From IMG/VR virus record IMGVR_UViG_2537561992_000022: a stretch of DNA of 35,929 nucleotides; one strand, written 5' to 3'. The notes under the pieces are model-generated. The model was not told the origin of the DNA and did not search any database. It saw only the letters and a list, made by a program, of their open reading frames with translations. Position 1 is the first letter of the stretch. Every line of letters begins with the position of its first letter. Positions 27,215-35,929 of the stretch are shown piece after piece. This DNA comes from a virus (lineage: Duplodnaviria; Heunggongvirae; Uroviricota; Caudoviricetes). Made by a program: the position numbers and the translations under genes.

Positions 27215-27793
27215 ATGAAGGGGCTTGAGAATGCCATCCGCAATCTGAACAGCCTTGATACCCGTATGGTGCCACAGGCCAGCGCATGGGCGATAAACCG
27301 TGTGGCACAGAAAGCGGTCTCGGTTGCCACCCGGCAGGTTGCCGGGAATACCGTTGCGGGAGATAACCAGGTGAAAGGGATCCCCCTGAAACTGGTACGT
27401 CAGCGTGTCCGGGTGTTTAAAGCCAGTCCGTCAGGAAAAATGACGGTCAGGATCCGCGTTAACCGGGGCAATCTGCCCGCCATTAAGCTGGGGACAGCCC
27501 GGGTCAGACTGGCCCGGCGTGGTGGAAAACTGCAGTACCGTGGCAGTGTGCTGAAGGTGGGTAAATATCTTTTCCGGGATGCGTTTATTCAGCAACTGGC
27601 GAATGGTCGCTGGCATGTGATGCGACGTATTGATGGCAAAAATCGTTACCCCATTGATGTGGTGAAAATCCCGCTGTCCGGATCGCTGACACAGGCATTT
27701 GAAGATGCCCGCGACCACATCATTGCTGCGGAAATGCCGAAACAGCTGGGGTATGCACTAAAACAACAACTGAGGTTATGGCTGACCCGATGA
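27215..27793 (+). CDS. Z: minor tail protein Z-like (192 aa)
   Basis: Length and position match lambda gpZ. Confidence 0.6.
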   Translation: MKGLENAIRNLNSLDTRMVPQASAWAINRVAQKAVSVATRQVAGNTVAGDNQVKGIPLKLVRQRVRVFKASPSGKMTVRIRVNRGNLPAIKLGTARVRLARRGGKLQYRGSVLKVGKYLFRDAFIQQLANGRWHVMRRIDGKNRYPIDVVKIPLSGSLTQAFEDARDHIIAAEMPKQLGYALKQQLRLWLTR

Positions 27794-28191
27794 ACCGACA
27801 TACACAAATCCGCCAGGCCGTACTGGCACGCCTTCGGGAACAGTGTGGAGACAGCGCCACGTTTTTTGACGGGCTTCCGGCATTTATTGATGCGCAGGAA
27901 CTGCCTGCCGTGGCGGTGTGGCTGAGTGATGCTCAGTACACCGGAAAAATGACGGATGAAGATGACTGGCAGGCTGTTCTGCATATTGCCGTCTTCATCC
28001 GGGCACAGGCACCGGATTCAGAGCTGGATATGTGGATGGAGAGCACCATTTTCCCTGCCCTGAATGATATACCGGCACTTTCCGGACTCATCGACACCCT
28101 GATCCCACTCGGTTTTAACTATCAACGTGATAATGAGATGGCCACCTGGGCGATGGCGGAAATCACGTACCAGATCACGTACACGAATTAA
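27778..28191 (+). CDS. U: tail terminator protein U-like
   Basis: Resembles recalled lambda gpU (FFDG...AVAVWL...LDMWMES...DIPALS). Confidence 0.65.
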   Translation: MADPMNRHTQIRQAVLARLREQCGDSATFFDGLPAFIDAQELPAVAVWLSDAQYTGKMTDEDDWQAVLHIAVFIRAQAPDSELDMWMESTIFPALNDIPALSGLIDTLIPLGFNYQRDNEMATWAMAEITYQITYTN

Positions 28192-28201
28192 GGAGGTGGT
28201 A

Positions 28202-28945
28202 ATGACCACACCAAATCCACTGGCAAAGACGAAAGGTGCGGGGACGACGTTCTGGATGTATACCGGCAACGGCGATGCGTTTGCGAACCCTTTGTCGGAC
28301 ACTGACTGGCTGCGTCTTGCGATGGTGAAGGATCTGCAACCTGGCGAAATGACCGCTGATGCAGAAGATGACACTTATCTCGATGATGAAGATGCAGACT
28401 GGAAAACGACAACCCAGGGGCAGAAATCCGTTGGTGATACTTCGGCGACGCTGGCCTGGCGTCCGGGTGACAGCGGGCAGAAAAAACTGGTTCAGTTGTT
28501 CGACTCCGGTGAAGTCTGCGCGTTTCGTATCAAATATCCCAACGGCACTGTTGATGTTTTCCGTGGCTGGCTGAGCTCACTGGGTAAAACCATTGCCTCA
28601 AAAGACGTGATGACCCGCACTGTGAAAATCAGCGGTGTGGGGCGTCCGTATCTGGCAGAGGAAGGCACTGAAACCGTGAGCGTTACCGGGCTGACAGTAT
28701 CACCGGCGTCTGCCAGTGTAAAAGTGGGAGCAACCACCACGCTGACCTTTACAGTAAAACCTGACGGAGCCAGTGACAAAGCGATCAGTGTGCATTCGTC
28801 AGATCCACAGACTGCCACGGTTACCCTGAACGGACTTGTGGCCACGGTAAAAGGCGTGAAGCAGGGCAGTGTCAGCATTGTGGGCATGACCGCTGACGGG
28901 AATTTTGTGGCTGTGACTGCGGTGACTGTCAGCGCAGCAGGTTAA
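28202..28945 (+). CDS. V: major tail protein V (247 aa) with C-terminal Ig-like domain
   Basis: AGGAGG RBS; strong resemblance to recalled lambda gpV (KGAGTT, LDDEDADW, VDVFRGW). Confidence 0.9.
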   Translation: MTTPNPLAKTKGAGTTFWMYTGNGDAFANPLSDTDWLRLAMVKDLQPGEMTADAEDDTYLDDEDADWKTTTQGQKSVGDTSATLAWRPGDSGQKKLVQLFDSGEVCAFRIKYPNGTVDVFRGWLSSLGKTIASKDVMTRTVKISGVGRPYLAEEGTETVSVTGLTVSPASASVKVGATTTLTFTVKPDGASDKAISVHSSDPQTATVTLNGLVATVKGVKQGSVSIVGMTADGNFVAVTAVTVSAAG

Positions 28946-28965
28946 CAGGACGATACTCATCATTT

Positions 28966-28989
28966 GCCCCGGTTATTCGGGGCTTTTTT
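28966..28989 (+). terminator. terminator-like hairpin between V and G
   Basis: GCCCC-GGTTATTC-GGGGC followed by TTTTTT. Confidence 0.5.
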
Positions 28990-29002
28990 GCAGGTGGAGA
29001 AC

Positions 29003-29392
29003 ATGATGTTTCTGAAACAGGACACGTTTAATTATGAAAAACAGTCCGTGGTGCTCAGTGAGCTGTCCGGGCTGCAGAGAATTGAATATCTGACGTTTGT
29101 TCAGCAGCGAACGGCAAAGTTTGATGCCGGGGAGGGAGAACTGCCGGAGGCTGAACGACAGATTGCTTTTCTGCGGATGGGGATGGATATCAATGCCTGG
29201 CTGGTTTCCCGCTCACTGTGGAATGCGGATCAGTCTAAGGATGTAGAGACGCTTTGCGCATCCGTTATTACAACATGGTCGTATGATGCCCTGGGTGCGG
29301 GGGCGGAGATGGTTCTGTCGCTGAGCGGTATGGGGGCCATTGATAATGCCGTGGATGATGAGCATGAGGCGCTGACGCCGGAAAAGTCCTGA
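29003..29392 (+). CDS. G: tail assembly chaperone G
   Basis: MFLKQDTF... resembles lambda gpG; the ATG at 29006 is the alternative start. Confidence 0.8.
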   Translation: MMFLKQDTFNYEKQSVVLSELSGLQRIEYLTFVQQRTAKFDAGEGELPEAERQIAFLRMGMDINAWLVSRSLWNADQSKDVETLCASVITTWSYDALGAGAEMVLSLSGMGAIDNAVDDEHEALTPEKS

Positions 29393-29400
29393 CGCGGGAA

Positions 29401-29730
29401 ATGCAGTTTGTCATGCGGCTTGCCCGGGAGTTCCGGCGGGCAGACTGGCGGCGGATGCTGTCGGAAATGTCGGCCACTGAGCTTGGTGAGTGGGGCGATT
29501 ATTTCCGGATGCAGAGCTTCAGTGATGTGTGGATGGATGCGCAGTTTGCCTCGCTGAAGGCATTGATCGTGAGAATGGTGTCCGGCAGCAGTGATGCTGC
29601 GGTGGCTGATTTCAGCCTTTTACCGGAAGAGAACGGGATACCGGAGCGAACGGACGAAGAACTGATGCATCTTGGGGAAGGTATTTCCGGAGGTGTGCGT
29701 TATGGACCAGATAGCCAACCTGGTCATTGA
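29401..29730 (+). CDS. T: tail assembly protein T, in the -1 frame relative to G (probably made as a G-T fusion by programmed frameshift)
   Basis: The T frame is open across the G stop; conserved G/T arrangement of long-tailed phages. Confidence 0.7.
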   Translation: MQFVMRLAREFRRADWRRMLSEMSATELGEWGDYFRMQSFSDVWMDAQFASLKALIVRMVSGSSDAAVADFSLLPEENGIPERTDEELMHLGEGISGGVRYGPDSQPGH

Positions 29731-32700
29731 TTTGGGGATTGATGCGGCAGAGTTTAAAAATGAAATTCCCCGTATCAAAAACCTTCTGAATGGTGCAGCC
29801 AGCGATGCAGAACGGTCTTCTGCCCGTATGCAGCGTTTTATGGAGCGTCAGACTCAGGCCGCCCGGCAGACAACGCAGGCAGCTTCTTCGGCTGCAACAG
29901 CCGCATCCGTCCATGCGCAGACGGTGGAGAAGAACGCACAGGCTCATGAACGCATGGCCCGCGAGGTGGAGAAAACCCGCCAGCGCATGGAGGCACTGAG
30001 CCAGAAAATGCGCGAGGAACAGGCGCAGGCCATGGCTCTGGCGGAGGCTCAGGATAAAGCGGCTGCTGCGTTTTATCGTCAGATTGACAGTGTGAAACAG
30101 GCCAGTGCGGGGCTGCAGGAATTACAGCGTATTCAGCAGCAGATCCGACAGGCCAGAAACAGTGGCGGGATTGGTCAGCAGGATTATCTGGCGCTGATTT
30201 CTGAGGTTACTGCGAAAACCCGTGTTCTTACACAGGCTGAGGAAGAGGCTACCCGACAGAAAGTGGCGTTTATCCGTCAGCTTAAAGAGCAGGCAACCCG
30301 CCTGAATCTTTCATCTTCTGAGTTGCTTCGTGCTAAGGCAGCCCAGCTGGGGGTAAGCAGTGCTGCAGAAGTGTATATCCGCAAAATGGAGCAGGCAGGA
30401 AAAGCCACGCATTCGCTGGGTCTGAAAAGTGCAGCAGCCCGCCAGGAGATAGGCGTTCTGATAGGTGAACTGGCCCGCGGCAATTTAGGGGCGCTGAGGG
30501 GATCCGGGATAACGCTGGCTAACCGTGCCGGATGGATAGACACACTGATGTCACCGAAAGGCATGATGCTTGGCGGGGTTATTGGCGGTATTGCCGCGGC
30601 CGTCTATGGTCTGGGTAAAGCCTGGTATGACGGTCAGAAGGAGGGGGAAGAATTTAACCGCCAGTTGTCGCTGACGGGGCATTATGCCGGAGTCACTGCC
30701 GGGCAGCTGTGGACGCTCAGTCGTGCTATTTCCGGGAATGGTATCACGCAACATGCTGCAGCCGGTGCGCTGGCTCAGGTGGTGGGGAGTGGTGCATTTC
30801 GTGGAAACGATATCGGTATGGTGGCGAGAGTTGCCGCACAGATGGAGCGATCGGTTGGCCAGTCGGTCAGCGATACCATAAATCAGTTTAAGCGGCTGAA
30901 GGATGATCCTGTAAATGCCGCGAAGGCTCTGGACAATGAGCTGCATTTTCTTACTGCCACTCAGCTTGAGCAGATACGCGTCCTTGGGGAGCAGGGGCGG
31001 TCCAGTGATGCTGCACGGATAGCCATGTCTGCACTGGCAGAGGAAACCGGTCGGCGTACTGCGGATATTGATAATAACCTCAATGCGCTTGGCAGTACGC
31101 TGAAGTATCTGTCTGATTTGTGGAGTCGTTTCTGGGATGCGGCCATGAATATTGGTCGTGAAGACTCGCTGGATGAACAGATTGCCGCTTTACAGGAGAA
31201 AGTGTCGCGGGCGAAAAGACTCCCCTGGACGGCATCATCTTCTCAGGTTGAATACGATCAGCAGCGTCTTAACGATCTTCAGGAGAAAAAACGCCAGAAG
31301 GATTTGCAGGATGCAAAAGAGCAGGCAGAGCGGAATTATCAGGAGCAACAGAAACGCCGTAATGCTGAAAATGCTGCACTGAACCGGATGAATGAAACGG
31401 AAGCAGCACGACATCAGCGTGAAATTGCGCGTATTAATGCCATGCAGTACGCCGATCAGGCTGTCAGGGATGCGGCGATACAACGTGAAAATGAACGTTA
31501 CGAGAAAGCCCTGGCATCCGGTAAGAAAAAAACACGCGAAACCCGTAATGATGAGGCCACCCGGTTATTGCTGCAGTACAGTCAGCAACAGGCACAGGTG
31601 GAAGGACAGATTGCTGCTGCCAGACAGTCAGCAGGCATTGCCACGGAAAGGATGACAGAAGCGCATAAACAGCTTCTGGCTCTGCAGCAGCGCATCAGCG
31701 ACCTGGACGGGAAAAAACTGACGGCAGATGAAAAGAGTGTGCTGGCCCGTAAAGATGAACTGATTCAGGCACTGACGCTGCTGGATGTAAAACAGCAGGA
31801 GCTTCAGAAACAGACGGCACTCAACGAGCTGAAGAAAAAAACAATTCAGCTGACCAGTCAACTGGCTGAAGAAGAGCGCGCTCAGCGTCAGCAACATGAC
31901 CTGGATATCGCCACGGTGGGTATGGGTGATCAGCAGCGACAGCGATATCAGGTACAACTGAGTCTTCGCCAGAAATACCAGCAACAGCTGGAGCAGTTGA
32001 GGCGGGATAGTGAGCAGAAAGGGACATATAACACGGATGACTACAGAAAGGCCGAGCAGGCGCTGACGGAGAGCCTGAACCGACAACTGAATGAGAATCG
32101 CCGTTACTGGCAACAGCTTGAAGTTGTGCAGGGTAACTGGAAAAACGGAGTCCTGCGTGCATTTCAGGATTTTACCGTGGATGCAGATAATACGGCAGAA
32201 ACAGCAGAACAGGTGTTCTCGTCAGCCTTCAGCAACATGGGAAATGGCCTGGCAACTTTTGTCACTACCGGCAAACTCAATTTCAAATCCTTCACCTCTT
32301 CTGTGCTGTCAGATATGGCGAAAATCCTGGCGCAGGCAACCATGATGAAATCGATAAAAGGGATTGGCAGTGTACTGGGATTTGATCTCAGCAGCCTTTC
32401 CCTGAATGCCAATGGGGGGATTTATCAGTCTGCTGATTTGAGTCGTTACAGTGGCACGGTGGTTAACCGTCCGACGTTTTTTGCTTTTGCAAAAGGCGCG
32501 GGTGTGATGGGGGAAGCGGGACCTGAAGCCATTCTGCCATTGCGTCGTGGTGCTGACGGTAAGCTGGGGGTTGTGGCGGATATTGGGGGGTCAGGTATGG
32601 CGATGTTTTCCCCGCAGTACAACATCGAGATCAATAACGATGGCACGAACGGGCAGATAGGTCCGGCTGCCCTGAAGGCGGTTTATGACCTCGGGAAAAA

Positions 32701-32767
32701 AGCGGCAGCGGACTTTATGCAACAGCAGGCCCGTGATGGTGGTCGGTTAAGTGGAGCATATCGGTAA
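29702..32767 (+). CDS. H: tail tape measure protein (gpH-like, 1021 aa)
   Basis: Very long coiled-coil-rich ORF between G-T and M; GGAGG RBS. Confidence 0.85.
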   Translation: MDQIANLVIDLGIDAAEFKNEIPRIKNLLNGAASDAERSSARMQRFMERQTQAARQTTQAASSAATAASVHAQTVEKNAQAHERMAREVEKTRQRMEALSQKMREEQAQAMALAEAQDKAAAAFYRQIDSVKQASAGLQELQRIQQQIRQARNSGGIGQQDYLALISEVTAKTRVLTQAEEEATRQKVAFIRQLKEQATRLNLSSSELLRAKAAQLGVSSAAEVYIRKMEQAGKATHSLGLKSAAARQEIGVLIGELARGNLGALRGSGITLANRAGWIDTLMSPKGMMLGGVIGGIAAAVYGLGKAWYDGQKEGEEFNRQLSLTGHYAGVTAGQLWTLSRAISGNGITQHAAAGALAQVVGSGAFRGNDIGMVARVAAQMERSVGQSVSDTINQFKRLKDDPVNAAKALDNELHFLTATQLEQIRVLGEQGRSSDAARIAMSALAEETGRRTADIDNNLNALGSTLKYLSDLWSRFWDAAMNIGREDSLDEQIAALQEKVSRAKRLPWTASSSQVEYDQQRLNDLQEKKRQKDLQDAKEQAERNYQEQQKRRNAENAALNRMNETEAARHQREIARINAMQYADQAVRDAAIQRENERYEKALASGKKKTRETRNDEATRLLLQYSQQQAQVEGQIAAARQSAGIATERMTEAHKQLLALQQRISDLDGKKLTADEKSVLARKDELIQALTLLDVKQQELQKQTALNELKKKTIQLTSQLAEEERAQRQQHDLDIATVGMGDQQRQRYQVQLSLRQKYQQQLEQLRRDSEQKGTYNTDDYRKAEQALTESLNRQLNENRRYWQQLEVVQGNWKNGVLRAFQDFTVDADNTAETAEQVFSSAFSNMGNGLATFVTTGKLNFKSFTSSVLSDMAKILAQATMMKSIKGIGSVLGFDLSSLSLNANGGIYQSADLSRYSGTVVNRPTFFAFAKGAGVMGEAGPEAILPLRRGADGKLGVVADIGGSGMAMFSPQYNIEINNDGTNGQIGPAALKAVYDLGKKAAADFMQQQARDGGRLSGAYR

Positions 32768-33096
32768 TGGAGACGTTTCACTGGAAAGTGCGCCCGGATA
32801 TGAATGTGGTATCAGAGCCGAAAGTGGTGACAGTGAAGCTGGGCGATGGTTATGAACAGCGTCGTGCGGCGGGACTGAATAACCAGTTGTCGACTTACAG
32901 CGTGACGATACGTGTTCGTAAATGTGACCACCCATCTTTAAAAGCCTTTCTGGAACGGCACGGTGGCGTCCGTGCATTTCAGTGGACGCCACCTTATGAC
33001 TGGAAACCGATCAGGGTGGTTTGTCGTAAATGGTCGGCAAGCGTGGGGGCGCTGTGGGTAACCATAACGGCAGATTTTGAACAGGTCGTGGCATAG
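32767..33096 (+). CDS. M: minor tail protein M
   Basis: 109 codons; resembles recalled lambda gpM (FRWKV...GDGY...TYSV...FLE.HGG...W.PPY). Confidence 0.9.
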   Translation: METFHWKVRPDMNVVSEPKVVTVKLGDGYEQRRAAGLNNQLSTYSVTIRVRKCDHPSLKAFLERHGGVRAFQWTPPYDWKPIRVVCRKWSASVGALWVTITADFEQVVA

Positions 33097-33105
33097 GAGG
33101 CTCTG

Positions 33106-33804
33106 ATGCAGGATATTCCACAGGAAACACATCATGAGACGACACGCCTCACTCAGTCAGCCCAGGTGGTGCTCTGGGAAATCGATCTGACAGAGGTCGG
33201 TGGTGAACGTTATTTTTTCTGTAATGAGCAGAACGAAAAAGGTGAGCCGGTTATCTGGCAGGGGCGGCAGTATCAGGTATACCCCATTCAGGGGACGGGA
33301 TTTGAACTGAACGGCAAGGGCAGTGCTGCCCGTCCGACACTGACGGTTTCTAACCTGTACGGTATGGTCACCGGGATGGCGGAAGATCTGCAGAGTCTGG
33401 TCGGCGGAACGGTGGTCCGGCGTAAGGTTTACGCCCGTTTTCTGGATGCGGTGAACTTCGTCAACGGAAACAGTGACGCCGATCCGGAGCAGGAGGTGAT
33501 CAGCCGCTGGCGCATTGAGCAGTGCAGCGAACTGAGCGCGGTGAGTGCCTCTTTTGTACTGTCCACGCCGACGGAAACGGACGGCGCTGTTTTTCCGGGA
33601 CGTATCATGCTGGCCAACACCTGCACCTGGACCTATCGCGGTGATGAGTGCGGTTATCACGGTCCGGCAGTCGCGGATGAATATGACCAGCCGACGTCCG
33701 ATATCACGAAGGATAAATGCAGCAAATGCCTGAGCGGCTGTAAGTTTCGCAATAACGTCGGCAACTTTGGCGGCTTCCTTTCCATTAACAAACTTTCGCA
33801 GTAA
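33106..33804 (+). CDS. L: minor tail protein L
   Basis: 232 codons, same length as lambda gpL; Cys cluster near the C-terminus. Confidence 0.9.
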   Translation: MQDIPQETHHETTRLTQSAQVVLWEIDLTEVGGERYFFCNEQNEKGEPVIWQGRQYQVYPIQGTGFELNGKGSAARPTLTVSNLYGMVTGMAEDLQSLVGGTVVRRKVYARFLDAVNFVNGNSDADPEQEVISRWRIEQCSELSAVSASFVLSTPTETDGAVFPGRIMLANTCTWTYRGDECGYHGPAVADEYDQPTSDITKDKCSKCLSGCKFRNNVGNFGGFLSINKLSQ

Positions 33805-33808
33805 TCCC

Positions 33809-34552
33809 ATGACAGAGACAGAATCAGCGATTCTGGCGCACGCCCGGCGATGTGCGCCAGCGGAGTCGTGCGGCTTCGTGGTGAGAGCGCCGGAGGGGGA
33901 AAGATATTTTCCCTGCGTGAATATTTCCGGTGAGCCGGAGGATTATTTCCGGATGGCTCCGGAGGACTGGCTGCAGGCAGAGATGCAGGGTGAGATTGTG
34001 GCACTGGTCCACAGTCATCCCGGTGGTCTGCCCTGGCTGAGTGAGGCTGACCGGCGGCTGCAGGTGCAGAGTGATTTGCCGTGGTGGCTGGTCTGCCGGG
34101 GGGCGATTCACAAGTTCCGCTGTGTGCCGCATCTCACCGGGCGGCGCTTTGAGCACGGGGTGACGGACTGTTACACGCTGTTCCGGGATGCTTATCATCT
34201 GGCGGGGATTGAGATGCCGGATTTTCATCGCGGGGATGACTGGTGGCGTAACGGTCAGAATCTCTATCTGGATAATCTGGAGGCCACAGGGCTGTATCAG
34301 GTGGCGTTGTCATCAGCACAACCGGGCGATGTGCTGCTGTGCTGTTTTGGTTCATCGGTGCCGAATCATGCCGCCATTTACTGCGGCGACGGTGAGCTGC
34401 TGCACCATATTCCTGAACAACTGAGTAAACGAGAGAGGTATACCGACAAATGGCAGCGACGCACACACTCCCTCTGGCGTCACCGGGCATGGCACGCATC
34501 TGCCTTTACGGGGATTTACAACGATTTGGCCGCCGCATCGACCTTCGAGTGA
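33809..34552 (+). CDS. K: tail assembly protein K (247 aa, MPN/JAB and NlpC/P60-like)
   Basis: HSHPGG motif (JAB-like) and Cys/His hydrolase-like region; position after L. Confidence 0.85.
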   Translation: MTETESAILAHARRCAPAESCGFVVRAPEGERYFPCVNISGEPEDYFRMAPEDWLQAEMQGEIVALVHSHPGGLPWLSEADRRLQVQSDLPWWLVCRGAIHKFRCVPHLTGRRFEHGVTDCYTLFRDAYHLAGIEMPDFHRGDDWWRNGQNLYLDNLEATGLYQVALSSAQPGDVLLCCFGSSVPNHAAIYCGDGELLHHIPEQLSKRERYTDKWQRRTHSLWRHRAWHASAFTGIYNDLAAASTFE

Positions 34553-35097
34553 AAACGGGGTCTGAAGCCATCCGGGCGCTGGCCATGCAGATCCCGGCGT
34601 TTCGTCAGAAACTGAGCGACGGCTGGTACCAGGTACGCATTGCCGGGCGTGATGCAGGTGAAACCGAATTGTCTGCCCGTCTTAATGAGCCGCTGGCAAA
34701 TGGTGCCGTGATCCACATCGTGCCGCGTCTGGCGGGAGCTAAAAGTGGCGGTGTGTTTCAGGTGGTGCTGGGGGCGGCGCTGATTGCGGTGGCATGGTGG
34801 AACCCTGTGGGCTGGCTGGGTGCCGCGGCTGTATCGGGCATGTATGCGGCAGGGGCCAGTATGATCCTGGGCGGAGTGGCGCAGATGCTGGCACCGAAAG
34901 CCAGGACGCCCACGGCAGCAAGTACAGATAACGGCAAACAGAACACCTATTTCTCCTCACTGGATAACATGGTTGCCCAGGGCAATGTTCTGCCCGTTCT
35001 GTACGGTGAAATGCGCGTGGGGTCGCGGGTGGTCTCTCAGGAGATCAGCACGGCAGACGAAGGGGATGGTGGTCAGGTTGTAGTGATTGGTCGCTGA
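34450..35097 (+). CDS. I: tail assembly protein I
   Basis: Near-identical to recalled lambda gpI at both ends (MAATHTLPLASPGMARICLYGDLQRFGRRIDL... and ...GEMRVGSRVVSQEISTADEGDGGQVVVIGR). Confidence 0.9.
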   Translation: MAATHTLPLASPGMARICLYGDLQRFGRRIDLRVKTGSEAIRALAMQIPAFRQKLSDGWYQVRIAGRDAGETELSARLNEPLANGAVIHIVPRLAGAKSGGVFQVVLGAALIAVAWWNPVGWLGAAAVSGMYAAGASMILGGVAQMLAPKARTPTAASTDNGKQNTYFSSLDNMVAQGNVLPVLYGEMRVGSRVVSQEISTADEGDGGQVVVIGR

Positions 35098-35116
35098 TGA
35101 AAAACGTTTTATGTGA

Positions 35117-35138
35117 AACCGCCTCCGGGCGGTTTTGT
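35117..35138 (+). terminator. terminator-like hairpin between I and J
   Basis: CCGCC-TCCG-GGCGG hairpin followed by TTTTG. Confidence 0.35.
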
Positions 35139-35157
35139 CGTTTATGGAGCGTTAGGA

Positions 35158-35929
35158 ATGGGTAAAGGCAGCAGTAAGGGGCATACTCCGCGCGAAGCGA
35201 AGGACAACCTGAAGTCCACGCAGTTGCTGAGTGTGATCGATGCCATCAGCGAAGGGCCGATTGAAGGTCCGGTGGATGGATTAAAAAGCGTGCTGCTGAA
35301 CAGTACGCCAGTGCTGGACACTGAGGGGAATACCAACATCTCCGGCGTCACGGTGGTGTTCCGGGCCGGTGAGCAGGAGCAGACACCGCCGGAGGGATTT
35401 GAATCCTCCGGATCCGAGACGGTGCTGGGGACGGAAGTGAAATACGACACGCCGATCACCCGGACCATCACGTCGGCAAACATCGACCGTCTGCGCTTTA
35501 CCTTCGGTGTGCAGGCACTGGTGGAAACCACCTCAAAGGGGGACAGGAATCCATCGGAAGTCCGCCTGCTGGTTCAGATACAACGTAACGGTGGCTGGGT
35601 GACGGAAAAAGACATCACCATTAAAGGCAAAACCACCTCGCAGTACTTGGCCTCTGTGGTGGTGGATAACCTGCCGCCGCGCCCGTTCAGTATCCGGATG
35701 CGCAGGATGACGCCGGACAGCACCACAGACCAGCTGCAGAACAAAACGCTCTGGTCGTCATACACCGAAATCATCGATGTGAAACAGTGCTACCCGAACA
35801 CGGCACTGGTCGGCGTACAGGTGGATTCGGAGCAGTTCGGCAGCCAGCAGGTGAGCCGTAATTATCATCTGCGCGGGCGTATTCTGCAGGTGCCGTCGAA
35901 TTATAACCCGCAGACGCGACAATACAGCG
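35158..35929 (+). CDS. J: host specificity / central tail fibre protein J, N-terminal part (runs off window end)
   Basis: AGGAA RBS and ATG at 35158; frame open to the window end; follows I as in lambda. Confidence 0.85.
   Translation, partial: MGKGSSKGHTPREAKDNLKSTQLLSVIDAISEGPIEGPVDGLKSVLLNSTPVLDTEGNTNISGVTVVFRAGEQEQTPPEGFESSGSETVLGTEVKYDTPITRTITSANIDRLRFTFGVQALVETTSKGDRNPSEVRLLVQIQRNGGWVTEKDITIKGKTTSQYLASVVVDNLPPRPFSIRMRRMTPDSTTDQLQNKTLWSSYTEIIDVKQCYPNTALVGVQVDSEQFGSQQVSRNYHLRGRILQVPSNYNPQTRQYS

Overview
This window is almost entirely a lambdoid prophage of the E. coli Qin/'dic' type, with no rRNA, tRNA, CRISPR array or integrase seen. Protein identities are from my recall of E. coli K-12 and phage lambda sequences, not from a search. 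Left to right: a partial early-region gene pair; an IS3-family insertion sequence; the minus-strand dicB operon (ydfE-like, ydfD, dicB, DicF sRNA, ydfA-like); the dicA/dicC immunity switch; a YdaT-like gene and an O-like replication initiator with internal iterons; a second transposase (IS481-like); flxA with a sigma-28 promoter; relB-relE-hokD; rem, ydfU and antiterminator Q with a pR'/tR'-like unit; cspF/cspB; holin, lysozyme, Rz/Rz1; cspI, gnsB, ydfO; a cos-like region; then a lambda-like head and tail module (Nu1, A, W, portal, ClpP-capsid fusion, Z, U, V, G-T, H, M, L, K, I, J partial). I did not find a convincing wholly new system. The most notable observation is that Q, Rz, the IS3 transposase, and possibly the left-end gene and a small Cys-rich ORF all change frame exactly at homopolymer runs. 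The best candidate for something undescribed is an antisense-register overlapping ORF pair inside the dicB operon (4075-4692), which I cannot resolve by eye.
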